In this document: piece by piece, positions 40,948-52,786 of the stretch
Layout: each line of letters starts with the position of its first letter
Position numbering within the stretch: the stretch's first letter is position 1
DNA from: Felis catus
Taxonomy: Eukaryota
Length of the DNA: 64,000 nt
Direction of reading: 5' to 3'
Assembly (NCBI RefSeq): GCF_018350175.1
Contig: NC_058369.1
Location: forward strand, 12,278,001 to 12,342,000
Notes under the pieces: generated by a model
Databases searched by the model: none
What the model was told of the DNA's origin: nothing
The model's input: only the letters and a program-made list of their open reading frames with translations
Position numbers and translations under genes: made by a program

Positions 40948-41038
40948 CTCCGTCTAGAAATTCCTCTTGGAAGTAGACGGTGGCCAGCGCCACCCGCAGC
41001 ACGCAGACCGCCCACAGCGGAACGGGAGCCACAGCCAT
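40948..41038 (-). CDS. CALR3: Calreticulin-3 exon 1 (signal peptide, MAVAPVPLWAVCVLRVALATVYFQEEFLDG)
   Basis: ATG at 41038, 91 nt, donor G|GTGAAA; calreticulin N-terminal motif VYFQEEFLDG. Confidence 0.95.
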
Positions 41039-41039
41039 G

Positions 41040-41420
41040 GAATGCGCGCTGCACTTCTTGTAACGCCCCTTTGCTCCCAGCGGTCTCGGCGAAGTGCCAG
41101 ACCGTCCCAAGACTACAACTCCCGTCACGCCTCGCGATTGTGACCTGAGGCACCATTGGCCCCTACCGCGCAGTGCACGCCGGGCCCGCCCAGGCACTAC
41201 CACCCTCCCGGCGCGCCGCGATTATGACGTGAGGCCCCATTGGTCCTCGGGGCGCGGCGCGCGCTGGGATATGTAGTCTCTTCCGCCCTGGCGCAGTTGC
41301 CGGGGGCAACGGTCCCATCCGGCCAGAGTGTCTAGCCGGGAGCGCAGCGACGGCCTCTGCGGATGGACATCGTGGGAGGAGGTTGGCGGGGTTGGCCCGG
41401 TTGCTGCCGGGCTTGGCGAC
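41040..41420. promoter_or_regulatory. CpG-rich bidirectional promoter shared by CALR3 (-) and C19orf44 (+); probably includes the non-coding C19orf44 exon 1 (boundaries not determined)
   Basis: Head-to-head genes; ACTACAACTCCC (41112-41123), reverse GACTACATATCCCA (41265-41278), TGACGTGA (41225-41232), two CCATTGG, X-box GTTGCCGGGGGCAAC (41296-41310). Confidence 0.85.
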
Positions 41421-41639
41421 CGGTTTTGGGAGAGGAGTTGCGGGAAATGGGGAACGTTCTGGAGCTGGGCTTGTCGGGCTGAGGGAGGGTAGGGGCCTCA
41501 CGCCTGGTTCCCCGTCGGGGCCCATTTGGGATCGTGGTCTGGGGTGGGTCGCTCCAAGCCGGTGGTGGGGAGGGGAGGGGCAGTTGAGGGGGGTGGGAAG
41601 AGCCCGATGGGGTGAGAGGCGCCTGTGTGTTCAAAGTCA

Positions 41640-42700
41640 GGTTTATTTATCTTTAACAACTTTATTGAGGATGCGTTTACCTACCGTACAATCCACCCCT
41701 TGTAAGTGCACAACTCTGTTACTTTAATAAGTTTACTAAGTGGGGCAAGCGTCACCAAGATCCAGCTTTAGAACTTTTCTGTCTACCCAAGGATATCACT
41801 CCTGGCCCTTTGCAGTCCCTCCTCGCTCCTACTCCCAGCCCCAGGCAGCCACTGATGCGCTTTCTGACTATAAAGTTGCCTTTTCTGGATGATCCTTATG
41901 AATGGGGTCATACAGTACGTGGTTACTTTCCCTTAGCATGATGTGTCCGAGATGATATGCATGCATGTTGTTGTATGTATCCATATTCTTTTTTTTAATG
42001 CTGAATAGTATTTCATTGGATGGATGGACCTCGGTTCTTATCCATTCACTAGTTAATGGACTTTTGGGTTGTTTCCACTTTTTGCCTACTATGAATAATA
42101 ATTAACATGAACATTTGCATACATTTCAATCACCTTTGGCTACATGGGAACTGCCAGACTGTTTTCCAAATTGGTGACTGTGCCATTGTAATGCTCCATG
42201 ACTGTGTATGAGGGCACCAATTTCTTCACATCCTCAGCAACACTTGTTATTATCTACAGTTTCTAATTTATTTATTTATTTTTTTGATGTTTATTTTTGA
42301 GAGAGAGACAGAATGCGAGTGGGGGACGGGCAGAGAGGGAGGGAGACACAGAATCCGAAGCAGGCTCCAGGCTCCACCCTGTGAGCACAGAGCCCAGACT
42401 CAGGCTTAACTCACAAACCGTGAGATCATGATCTGAGCCGAAGTTGGATACTTAACCGACTGAGCCACCCAGGCGCCCCATCTGTGGTTTTGATTGTAGT
42501 CATTCTAGTGGCTGTGAACTGGGATCTGGTGGTTTTGATTTGCATTTGCCTAATGGCTAGTGATGTTGAACATCGTTTCATGTGCTTATTGGCCATTTGT
42601 ATGTTTTGTTTTGTTTTTCAGCGAGGTATCTGTTCATATCCTTTGCCCATAGGTTTATTTTTAATTGTGTTTTAAGAATATATCGATTTTAGTTGTGATG
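41640..42700 (-). mobile_element. Old L1M fragment, SINE-interrupted
   Basis: Antisense L1 3' sequence (gttttgatttgcatttgcctaatggctagtgatgttgaacat). Confidence 0.7.
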
Positions 42701-43326
42701 AAATGGATAGAACATAAAACTTGCCGTTGTAACCATTGTTGATTTATTTTTAAACCTAGGGAAACTTTTCAGAAAAACTAGACGCTGTTAAACCTGGCCT
42801 GGTGGTCGGGCTTTCCCTCTGACCCACAGAATGGTGGGGGCTGAGTCACCTCCTGAGCCTCGGTTAGAAAAATATCAACCAAGGTAGCTGTTGACGTTCC
42901 AGCAGTCTCTACTTCCTCTTTACCACGTCCTTCCTGCTAAAAGCCCTCTAATGCAGGTATTCCAAACACTATTATCTAAATCTTACCATTTATTCCATGT
43001 CCTACAATGAACATAGGAATCTTATGAAGGGAATAATTGTCATCGTTTTACAGATGAGCAAGCCGAAGCACAGAGTGGTCAAGTGACTTGCCCAGCGTCA
43101 CACAGGCTAGGACTCCTGCACTGTTTCTGTCAGGTGTGGTTGGTTTCGCCTTCACTGACCCCTGTGGTCAGGCCTGTGCGAGGCGCTCTAAGTACCCAGA
43201 TGGGGATGAGCAAGCAGGTACGCCACGCAGAAAAAGAGAGTCAAAGAAAAACGATTCACTCTTCTGCAGACAGAATCTTAGGGCTGGGTTCAATGTTTTT
43301 CCTCTCACAAAACATTTGAGTTCAGC

Positions 43327-44523
43327 TTTTTTTTTTTTTTTTTTAATAAGCTTATTTATTTTCAGACATAGAGCGAGTGCAGGGAAGGGGCAGAGAGAGG
43401 GGAAGAGAGAGAATCTCGACCAGGCTCCACGGTGTCAGCACAGAGCCCGATGCCAGGCTGGAACTCACGAACCGTGAGATCGTGACCTGAGCTGAAATCA
43501 AGAATCAGACACTTAATGGACTGAGCCACCTCGGTGCCCCTGAGTTCAGCTTTGAAAGCTGCATAAGACAGACGGTTGCCAGATTTTACAAATAAAAGTA
43601 TGAGACACCCAGTTGAATTTGAATTTGAGATAAACAACCAATAATTTTTTAGTATGAAACTATTTGGAACATACTACTTTTTAGTATAAAAATATGTGGG
43701 TCATACTTCTATTTTAACAATTATGGGGGCACCTGGGTGGCTCAGTCAGTTGATCGTCTGACCCTTGACTTCAGCTTAGGTCATGATCCCAGGCTTGTGA
43801 GATCGAGCCCCGCATTCGGCTCCATGCTGAGTATGGAGCCTGCTGAAGATTCTTTCACCCCGGGTGTCAGGGTGGCTTACTTGGTTAAGAGTCCAACTCT
43901 TGGTTTCGGCTCAGGTCTTGATCTCACAGTTTGCGGGTTCGAGCTCTGTGTCCAGCTCTGTGCTGACAGTGCAGAGCCTGCTTGGGATTCTCTCTCTCTC
44001 CTCTCTTTGTTCCTCCCCTGCTCGCGTGTGTGTGCTCTTGCTTTCTCTCTCAAAATAAGTACATAAACTTAAAAAAAAAAAAAAAAGAAAGATTCTCTCT
44101 CTCTCTCTCCCTCTGCTTCTCTACCCTGCTTATGCTCTCTCTCTTAAAAAAAATTATTTAGTCTTTATCTTATTCACGTCCCTGGGTGTCCTGGATTTAA
44201 TCTGGTAATCCTCGTAAGATTGTTTTCCAAGTGGACAGGGATGGGAAAAAAGGCTCCTTCAGGTCTCACAGTGAATTCTTTTTATTATTTATTTATTTAT
44301 TTATTTAATTTTATTTTTTTCAACGTTTATTTATTTTTGGGACAGAGAGAGACAGAGCATGAACGGGAGAGGGGCAGAGAGAGAGGGAGACACAGAATCG
44401 GAAACAGGCTCCAGGCTCTGAGCCATCAGCCCAGAGCCCAACGCGGGGCTCGAACTCACGGACCGCGAGATCGTGACCTGGCTGAAGTCGGATGCTTAAC
44501 CGACTGCGCCACCCAGGCGCCCC
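43327..44523. mobile_element. Can-SINE cluster, including a nested pair and a young antisense copy at 44283-44523
   Basis: agtgaattcttttta on both sides of the last copy. Confidence 0.85.
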
Positions 44524-45258
44524 CAGTGAATTCTTTTTAAACAACAAAATAACACTTGGCCTTGTTAAAACACTCAAACAGGATGGAATCGAGCAGTGGT
44601 TGTGCACCTGGTCTTTTCTGCCTCGCATATTACGCTGGAGACGACATTATGCACACAGATCTCCCTCATTGCTTTTTCACGGCTGCGTAGCACTCACTTG
44701 GCTGCACGTGGTCTTCTGGATTTCCCCGGGCCTTTTCGGATGGGTTCAAGTGCTTGAGGGGTACAGACAATGCTGCCATGACATTCCTCGTGCATACACA
44801 TCAATGTGCATTTGAGAGTGCTTTCGGAGGCAAATTCCAATGGCCCGGGTGCCGGGCCTCTGCTTTTCACATTTTCGTTGCTGTTGCTGAGTTCCTTAGT
44901 AAAGGGGCTGCAGCAAACGCACAGCCACCCATGCCATATTTTTCCATCTTTTTTTTTTTTTGTGACTTTAAACTTCTTTGAAACCTTTTTAAGCCTTGGG
45001 GTGGGTCGTTTTTATTCTTTCAGGGGCACACGGGAACACTGAGAATATGATAAAAGCACTGACCCTGCCCCGCTGAAGGCCATTCACCAGCGTGTGCGCA
45101 TAACACGTGATCAACATTGGGTGGGTGCTGCTGTGTCCGTCTGTAGCCCCTCCACCCTTCCAGGGCCGTGGTTTTTACCCTTAAACTTTATTTTAAAAAA
45201 AAATTTTTTAACATTTATTTGTTTTTGAGAGACAGAGGCAGAGCATGAGCAGGGGAGG

Positions 45259-45300
<42 letters not shown>

Positions 45301-46244
45301 CAGAATCTGAAGGAGGCTCTAGGCTCTGAGCTGTTTTTTAGCACAGAGCCTGACGCGGGGCCCGAACTCTCAAACTGCAAGACCACGGCCTGAGCCGAAG
45401 TCAGACGCTCAACCGACTGAGCCACCCAGGGGCCCCAGGTGGTTTTTACCCTTAAAGTGAAGTGAGATTTTCTGCAGAGGGGAGGGTCCTTAAATACACA
45501 GGCTGATGTTAAGCAGTTCCTTGTGAGAGAGCTGAGGATACTTGGATAAAGGAGGAGCGCTGATGTGGGGAGCCAGTGGCGAGTAGGACTCTTGGAGTAG
45601 TGGTCGTGTCACTGGCCAGGCAGTGGAGCTCTGTCGGGAACAAGGGGGCCTTTGGAATCAGACCTGAGCTTTGAATTTGGCTCTGTTGCTCACCAGCCGG
45701 GGGTGCTTTTATTTCTTTCACCTCCTCTTTAAAACTGGAGCTGGCGGGGGGAGGTGACACTAGCTGCCTCAAGGTTGCATGAGGATTAAAACAGATAATA
45801 AGCTCTGAGCAGAGCGCCGGGCTCACTGTTGGAGGCTGAGAGGCGCTGGCTCTTCTGTCTGACGTGCAGCGTGTCTCCTTTAAGAGCTTGGCATCAGGCA
45901 AACCATAAGAGACTCTTAAACGCTGAGAACAAACTGAGGGTTGCTGGAGGGGAGGTGGGTGGGCGGATGGGCTAGATGGGTGATGGGCATTAAGGAGGTC
46001 GCTGGTTCGGATGAGCACGGGGTGTTATATGTAAGCGATGAATTACTAAATTCTACTGAAAGCAATACCACGCTACGTGTTAACTAATTTGAATTTAAGT
46101 AAATGTCAAAAAAGACCTGGCATTGAACGGTAATTCAGCCAGTGGTACTGGGTGTTGACATTTTCATTGCCATCATGGGGCTTGAAGGGAGCGCTTCAGG
46201 CAGACTGCAAAGAAAGATTTGATCTTTAAAATGGGAGGCGCTGA

Positions 46245-46453
46245 GGGGCGCCTGGGTGGCTCAGTCAGTTAAGCGACTGACTCTTGGTTTCGGCTCAGGT
46301 CATGATCTCACAGTTTTGTGAGTTCGAGCCCCACATCGGGCTCCGCGCTGACCTTGTGGAGCCTGCCTGGGATTCTCTCTCCCTCTCTCTCTCTGCCCCT
46401 CCCCTGCTCGCTGTGTATGTCTCTCTCAAAAACGAATAAACTTAAATAAATAA
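46245..46453 (+). mobile_element. Can-SINE just upstream of the C19orf44 ATG exon
   Basis: Canonical head; aaatgggaggc on both flanks. Confidence 0.88.
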
Positions 46454-46553
46454 AATGGGAGGCCTTGAGAGATTTGAATGCATGGTATGAACACCAGGTA
46501 GGCATTCTTACTCTAAGTTTTCTTTCTTCACCCCCCCCCCCCCCCCCCCCAGA

Positions 46554-47315
46554 ATGGCTTCCAGAAGAAGAACCGGCCATCCCACGCGCAATATTTTTGG
46601 TGATTTTAGTGATCTTTCCTTAAAGGATTCAAAAATGGAAGAAATCAGAAACTTGAAAATTGGTAGAAGTCTTACCCAAATAGCACCCGGCCGCAGCAGA
46701 TTTCTCAAAGGACACCAAACTATGGGTGTAAAATACTCACTCCCGAAAGAGAATGCTGTTGTGGAGGGTGGGCTCAGACTGTCTTCGGGGAGACCCCCGA
46801 TCACTGCCTCAAAGCTCAGGGCCAACGCTGCGCTCACAAAACTGGCTCAGCTGGAAACCAAGATCATGAATCGGAAAGCTCAGGCGGATTTGTCTGATGT
46901 GGAATCTGACCTGAAGACCCCCGAGGACAGTCTTCCGAGGAGCGCAGATACAGCCCTTCCCAGGAGCACAGTCGGACTTTCCTCACACGGCCCAGAGAAA
47001 ACCCAGAAACAAGCCCATGAAACTCCCACGGCCGGGAGCGGCACACAGAGTGGGAAGGTCAGTAGGTTTCTAAAGAAGAGGGAACCACGCGTTGAAAATG
47101 GATTCCCTGAAACACATTGTGGAAAAGAGAGGAGTTTTCAAACACCCAAAGAGAAAAAACCCACTAGAAAACTAGATTCTCCAGACAGCGATGAGGAGGA
47201 AATGAAAGAGTTGCTAGGAGGCTTGGTAGAATCTTCTAGAGAAAAAGAAACATACACGAATCGGCGTTTCGTCAGCTCCAAAGTCAGTGAGAAAGAACAA
47301 ACAAAAGTATTCTCG
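46554..47315 (+). CDS. C19orf44: C19orf44 first coding exon (MASRRRTGHPTRNIFGDFSD...DSPDSDEEEMKELL...KVFS)
   Basis: Poly-C tract then AG|A ATG; 254 codons similar to the recalled human C19orf44 N-terminal half; donor TCG|GTAAGT. Confidence 0.92.
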
Positions 47316-47333
47316 GTAAGTTTTTACGTATTC

Positions 47334-47786
47334 TTTTTTTTTTTTTTTTTACTATTTATTTGTGAGAGAGAGAGAGAGGGAGCGAGCACACATGAGTTGG
47401 GGAGGGGCAGAGACGAGAAACACAGAATCCGAAGCAGGCTCCAGGCTGTGAGCTGTCAGCCCAGAGCCCGACACGGGGCTCAAATTCACGGACTGTGAGA
47501 TCGTGACCTTGAGCCGAAGTCGGACGCTTAACCAACTGAGCCACCCAGGCTCCCCTGCATGTATTTATTCTTTGTTTGTTTTTTTTTAATGTTTATTTTT
47601 GAGAGAGAGAGAGACAGAATGTGAGCGGGGGAGGGGCAGAGAGCGAGGGAGACACAGACTCCAAAGCAGGCTCCGGGCTGTGAGCTGTCAGCACAGAGCC
47701 TGTCGCGGGGCTTGAACCCATGAACCGTGAGATCATGACCTGAGCCGAAGTTGGAAGCTTAACCGACTGAGCCACCCAGGTGCCCC
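47334..47786 (-). mobile_element. Two tandem antisense Can-SINEs just after the C19orf44 ATG exon
   Basis: Poly-T, (GA)n and SINE body twice. Confidence 0.88.
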
Positions 47787-48329
47787 TGCGTGTATTTATT
47801 CTTAACCAAGCCTCGCGTCTGCACTCTGTGTCACCGCGCTTTACAAAGGCTTGACAGCAGCCGTCACCCGTAAGCTACTTGAGGAAGGGATTTGACAAGG
47901 AACCGTTAGGCTCCAGCCAATCACGGCTGCCTGTTTTGGGCCTGCCGCGAGGTGACAGGGTTTGGGACATTAGGCAGTTTTGCAATATCTGGAGTAAGTG
48001 TGCGCAGCACAGGCCTGCACTTTGTATGACGGATCGTGGTGCCGCACAGGAAACTTGGGACAGCTGCGTTTCTGTTTTTCAAAATTGAGATGAAATTCAC
48101 ATAATCTAAAATCCACATTTTTACTTTCGTTCCTTTTTTATTTTTTAAAGTTTATATATTTATTTTGAGAGAGAGAGAGAGGGAGAGAGAGGATCTCAAG
48201 CAGGTTCCACACTGTCAGCACAGAGCCCAACTCAGGGCTCGAACCCACAAACCGGGAGATCAAGACCTGAGCTGAAATCAAGAGTCGGATGCTTAGCCGA
48301 CTGAGCCATCCAGGCATCCCTCAAATTAA

Positions 48330-49020
48330 CATTTTTAAAACAAACAGTTCAGTGCCATTTAGTCCATTCGTGATGTCGTGCCAGTGTACTACCTCTGTGT
48401 AATTCCAGAACGTTTCCATCAACCCCTGAGGAGACCCTGTACCTGTTAAATGATCATTCCTTGTTTTCCCCTCCCTCCAGCACCTGGAAATTACTAATCA
48501 GCTTTCTGTGTCTGTGAATTTGCCTGTTCTGGACATTTCACGTGCACGGAATCATCCAGTACGTGGTCCTGTGTGACTGGCAGCTTTTCTGAGCATAATG
48601 TTTTCGAGGTTCATCCACGTCGTAACATGAGTCAGTGTTTCCTTCCTTTTCATGGCCGAGTAATATTCCACCGTGTCAGTATACTACATCTTCCGTATCC
48701 ACCATCCACCGATGGGCATTTGGGTCTTTTCCACCCCTTGGCTATTTGTGAATAGTGCTGTTAGGAGCATTTGTGTACACGTATCCGTTTGAGTCCCTGT
48801 TTTCGATTTTTGGGGCTCTCCCTACGAGCGGAATTACCGGGTCCTGTGGTAATTCTCTGTGTGACTTACTGGAGCAGTGCCAAACTTTTCCAAAGCAGCT
48901 GCGCCATTTTGCGTTCCCGGCCACAGTGCACGAGGGTTCCAGTTTCTCCACACCCTCTCCAACGCTGGTTATTAGAGCTAGCACTTGTTACTAGAGCCAT
49001 CTTAGTGGGTATAAAGTGAC
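48330..49020 (-). mobile_element. Old L1M 3' fragment
   Basis: VGEGVEKLEPSCTVAGNAKW...ELPQDPVIPL remnant on the minus strand. Confidence 0.7.
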
Positions 49021-49390
49021 GGAAAGGCTGCATTTTAAGGGGGAAAAAATCTGCCCATTTATTTTGATTCTGCTGCAGGCTCAGGCTTTCCTAGATCATG
49101 CACTCAGAGGCCTTAATTTAGAAACGGTGTAATTCATCAAATTTGTTTGAAAGCCATGTGATATTTCTGATTATTTGTGCAGTGTTTCTGCACTGCAGTC
49201 CCAGTATTATCTCGTCTGAATGTTGTACCTTGACTTCTAGAGATGAAGGGAGAGAAAGAAAGGGGCTCAGAGAGAGAGAACTCTTTGATCGCCCATCCTT
49301 GGCCTGCCCTACTCTGGCCGCATTATTCAGTGATAAGGACTTCCTTGTCACCTGTTTGATAATTGATTTCATTTATTTCCGCCAAAGTAG

Positions 49391-49703
49391 GATCAGATCC
49401 CAACTCAACCAAGAATCCTTTCACTACCCAGTGAGGAACCTCCCGGCCCAAAGCCATTTCGGACATCATGTCTGCCAGCCTCACAGTCAGCAGACGGGAC
49501 CCTTCGCGGCACGCGCTCAAAAGCTCGCTCCCCACAGACTCACGCTTCAGGGGACACAGCCGCCTGCACAGCATCACTGTCCATCACTGGCACCTTTTCA
49601 AAATCAGCCTCCATGACGCCACATGGCAAGCTCTCCCCCGGAAGGAGTGAGCCTGAGCCTCACGATCCGTCGCCCTCAGAAGCTGCCGATGACAGCCTGA
49701 ATG
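49391..49703 (+). CDS. C19orf44: C19orf44 coding exon 2 ((DQ)IPTQPRILSLPSEE...EAADDSLN); may start at 49397 instead
   Basis: Open frame from tag|GAT to G|GTAACC; splice phases fit the neighbouring exons; ends like human ADDSLD. Confidence 0.85.
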
Positions 49704-49877
49704 GTAACCCATGGCCCTGTGCCCACCTGTCACCCTAGGCAGGAGGGGCAAGACCACCTAGAGGGTCCCTGGGGGGGGGGGGGGTCACTGGGTATTGCCG
49801 TGGGGAATGTATCTGTCATGCCACCCCCTCTACTTCCTGACCACCTTTCCTGGTGGAGGAGCCAAGTCAGATTTTTG

Positions 49878-50454
49878 CTTTTTTTTTTTTTTTTTTAATT
49901 TACATCCAAGTTAGTTAGCATATGGTACAACAATGATTTCAGGAGTAGATTCCTTAATGCCTCTTACCCATTTAGCCCATCTCCCCTCCCACACCCCCCC
50001 CCCAGTAACCCTGTTTGTTCTCCATATTTAAGAGTCTCTTAGTTTTGTCCCTCTCTCTGTTTTTACATTATTTTTGCTTCCCTTCCCTTATATTCATCTG
50101 TTTTGTGTCTTAAAGTCCTTATATGAGTGAAGTCATATGATATTTGTCTTTCTCTGACTAATTTCGCTTAGCATAACACTCTCTAGTCCATCCACATAGT
50201 TGCGAATGGCAAGATTTCATTCTTTTTGATTGCTGAGTAATACTCCATTGTATGTGCGTATGTATGCATGTATATATATACACACACACACACATACAAT
50301 GGAGTGTATATATATATATATACACACATGTATACACACACACACATATATATATATATACACATGTGTATATATGTATGTGTGTGTGTGTGTGAGAGAG
50401 AGAGAGACTTGGTCCCTCCATATATATATGTGTGTGTGTGTATATGTATATGTA

Positions 50455-50501
<47 letters not shown>

Positions 50502-51580
50502 ATGTACACACACACACATATACAATGGAGTATTACTCAGCAATCAAAAAGAATGAACTCTGGCCGTATACATATGTATACATCTTCTTTATGTATACAT
50601 GAATGCATCCATTGATGGACATTTGGGTTCTTTCCATACTTTGGCTATTGTTGCTAATGCTGCTATAAACATGGGGGTGCATGTGCCCCTTTGAAACAGC
50701 ACACCTGTATCCCTTGGATAAATACCTAGTAGTGCAATTGCTGGGTCATAGGGTAGTTCTATTTTTAGTTTTTTGAGGAACCTCCATACTGTTTTCCAGA
50801 GTGGCTGCACCAACTTGCATTCCCACCAACAATGCAAGAGATCCTCTTTCTCTGCATCCTTGCCAACATCTGTTGTTGCCTGAGTTTTTTATTTTAGCCA
50901 TTCTGACTGGTGTGAGGTGGTATCTCATTGTGGTTTTGATTTGTATTTCCCTGATGATGAGTGATTTTGAGCATTTTTTCATGTGTCTGTTAGCCATCTG
51001 GATGTCTTCTTTGGAGAAGTGTCTATTCATGTCTTTTGCCCATTTCTTCACTGGGTTGTATTTTGGGTGTTGAGTTTGATAAGTTCTTTATAGATTTTGG
51101 ATACTAACCCTTTATCTGATATGTCGTTTGCAAATATCTTCTCCCATTCCGTCAGTTTTTAGTTTTGCTGATGGTTTCCTTCGCTGTGCAGAAGCTTTTT
51201 CTTTTGATGAGGTCCCAATAGTTCATGTTTGTTTTTGTTTCCCTTGCTTCTGGAGACGTGATGAGTGAGAAGTTGCTGTGGCCAAGGTCAAAGAGGTTTT
51301 TGCCTGCTTTCTTCTCAAGGATTTTGATGGTTTCCTGTCTTATGTTTAGGTTTTTCATCCATTTTGAGTTTATTTTTGTGTCTGGTGTAAGAAAGTGGTC
51401 CAGGTTCATTTTTCTGCATGTCGCTGTCCAGTTTTCCCAGCACCACTTGCTGAAGAGAGTGTCTTTGTTCCATTGGATATTCTTTCCTGCTTTGTCAAAG
51501 ATGAGTCGGCCATACGTTTGTGGGTCCATTTCTGGGTTCTCTATTCTGTTCCATTGATCTGAGTGTCTGTTTTTGTGCCA
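49878..51580 (-). mobile_element. 5'-truncated carnivore L1 (ORF2 3' part plus UTR and poly-A)
   Basis: Well-preserved ORF2 peptides [54 protein letters not shown]; poly-T at 49878. Confidence 0.92.
50216..50557. repeat. 38-bp perfect inverted repeat around a compound microsatellite
   Basis: 50216-50253 is the exact reverse complement of 50520-50557. Confidence 0.92.
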
Positions 51581-52249
51581 TGTTCTGTCTTTAGTGTTTT
51601 CATTCAGTAACCCTGACCAATTACAGAGCAATAACCCGAAAACAAAATCCTAGAGCCACATACGACAAAAAGGCAATGCGATTTTTCTTTTGGTGAAAGA
51701 GGAATTTACCTCCTTTTTATATTCAGAAAAGGGAGTAATCTCTAACCAGTCACAATTAGACACTTCTGTTATTTCAAATTATTCAATATTATTTTTATCC
51801 CAATATTACACATTTTTAAGAAAGAAAGGAGAAAGAGAAAAGATGTGTACCCAACACTTAATGTCTTCCCTCTGGGGTGCTTCATTGTGAGACCCAAATT
51901 AAAATGTCTTTATTTATTTGTTTTTAATGTTTATTTTTGAGAGACAGAGAGACAGAGCATGAGCCAGGGAGGGGCAGAGAGAGAGGGAGACCCAGGATCC
52001 GAAGCAGGCTCCAGGCTCTGAGCTGTCAGCACAGAGCCCGACGCGGGGCTCGAACCCACGAACTGTGAGATCATGACCTGGGCCGAAGTCGGCCGCTTAA
52101 CCGACGGAGCCACCCAGGCGCCCCTAAACTGTGTCTTGAGGGCCTGCTGGGCACTGGCACGTGCCAAGGGTTGTGTTAGCAAGAAGACGATAGCAAACAG
52201 GCCAACACAAGCCCTGCCCCCTGTGTGCTGGGTGACCCGTAGCTCGTGA

Positions 52250-52786
52250 CTCTGGTAGGGGATGAAAAAAGAGCTTTTTCCTGCTACCCTTCTACGTTCC
52301 TGGCGGGAGCTCTGCAACAAAAGATAGATTGAGAGAAAAGCATACAGTTATTAAATAGATGTTAAATATTCAACGTAAGTTTTATGCGACACAGAGCCTT
52401 CCTAAGGAAACCAGACCTAGGAAAAAAAAAAAAAAAAAGACCGTTAAGTGTGTGAGTGTTTTTACTCTAGGCTCGATGAGGAGTGGAAGGTACTGGAAAA
52501 ACGTGATCAGACAAAAGGAAACGAGCTAAAGGTGGTAAACAGGGGCAGACTTGGCAAGGCCTGCTGTGATTCCTCTTGGGGTCCCTCTGGCTTGGAAACG
52601 GGATGCTCCTTTCCTCTGGGTGGCGGCGGGGGGGGGGGGCACTTCTCACATGAGACCCTTGCAGCAGGTCAAGGGAGAAGGGCAGAGGATTCTTGCAGCG
52701 CGTGCCATGTTCAAGTTCCCTCCCGTCTGAGATATTCAGTAGGCCAAGGTGCTGTATTTTGGGGTAGCGTGTCCTGAATCCCATCA
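52250..52786 (-). mobile_element. ERV1-like solo LTR (MER34/MER39-like, family uncertain)
   Basis: Minus strand begins tgatgggattcaggacacgctaccccaaaata, resembling ERV1 LTR 5' ends. Confidence 0.5.

Noticed and set aside
40944..41203. Upstream ORF or N-terminal extension over the CALR3 start
   Set aside because: The in-frame start is GTG, and the out-of-frame ATG lies in a CCAAT box that is probably upstream of the transcription start.
47316..47498. Extension of the 314-aa ORF past the C19orf44 donor
   Set aside because: It runs into an antisense SINE after a consensus GTAAGT donor; intronic.
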